Shown here: positions 63,427 through 64,000 of the stretch, in pieces
Layout: each line of letters starts with the position of its first letter
Position numbering within the stretch: position 1 is the stretch's first letter
Assembly (NCBI GenBank): GCA_051362555.1
Contig: CM120640.1
Span: forward strand, 61,544,788-61,608,787
From: Lingula anatina
Taxonomy: Eukaryota; Animalia; Brachiopoda
Reading direction: 5' to 3'
Length of the DNA stretch: 64,000 bases
Program-made: the position numbers and the translations under genes
Notes under the pieces: generated by a model
What the model was told of the DNA's origin: nothing
The model's database searches: none
Seen by the model: only the letters and a program-made list of their open reading frames with translations

Positions 63427-63965
63427 CGAGGGTTGATTGATAAGTAGTGAGCCTCATATAGAAGGGGTACACATTTTAAAAGTATATTTCTTTATTTTTC
63501 AACATAGTCTCCTTGAGTATCTATACACTTTTGTCAGCAAGTTTTTGAGAGTCTCTATGCCACTTTTATAGAAGCCCTTCTCTTGGCAGTTCAGAAACCC
63601 CTCCACTTCACGTATGACGTCATCATCTGACACAAAGTGAGTGCCTGAAATGGCCTTTTTCAATTTGGGAAATAGCTAATAGTCAGAGGGAGCAAGATCA
63701 GGCGAATAAGGTGAGTGTTCTATCAGTTCAAAGCCACACTTGTTGATTGCAGCCACGGCAATGACAGACTTGTGAGCAGGAGCATTGTCCTGGAGGAACA
63801 GTACACCTTTCCTGAATTTTCCGCTGCCTCGTCGACATAAACTAACCAAATGACACCAAACTTCGGCTACACACCTTTAAATAGTCAGGGAATAGAAAGG
63901 CTGAAAAGGGATATCCCTGCTTAACCCCTTCCACACGAGGCTCACTACTTATCAATCAACCCTCG
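63427..63965 (-). mobile_element. Internally deleted mariner (D34D) transposon
   Basis: Perfect 29-bp TIRs CGAGGGTTGATTGATAAGTAGTGAGCCTC with TA TSDs. Minus-strand remnant LQDNAPAHKSVIAVAAINKCGFELIEHSPYSPDLAPSDY*LFPKLKK has D-34-D spacing and a stop at 63676-63678; frameshifted KCIDTQGDYVEK*. Confidence 0.95.
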
Positions 63966-64000
63966 TATATGGATAATGGTATACTGCAATATTTCACAAA

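Overview
AT-rich, intron-rich animal DNA. It is probably an invertebrate bilaterian such as a lophotrochozoan; this is inferred from the invertebrate-type dopamine transporter, HINE-like elements and mosaic CpG depletion. I reconstructed five spliced protein-coding genes by hand: the 5' end of paxillin (-, runs off the left edge), an invertebrate dopamine transporter (SLC6/DAT, -), STK36/fused kinase (-, 32 coding exons), GPN1 GTPase (+, head-to-head with STK36) and an uncharacterised CARD + coiled-coil protein (-). Mobile DNA includes a ~3 kb Helentron-associated (HINE/DINE-like) element with a 146-bp satellite and a nested MITE, a three-copy foldback repeat family, small MITEs, a tRNA-derived relic and an internally deleted D34D mariner. 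The most unusual signals are: (1) four back-to-back long imperfect hairpins (~840 nt) just downstream of paxillin exon 2; (2) an inverted ~530-bp copy of the STK36/GPN1 promoter and STK36 5'UTR exons inside GPN1 intron 1, with intact splice sites and CpG decay; (3) a U12-type intron with a rare GCATCCTT donor in GPN1. All coordinates were read manually and no database searches were run.
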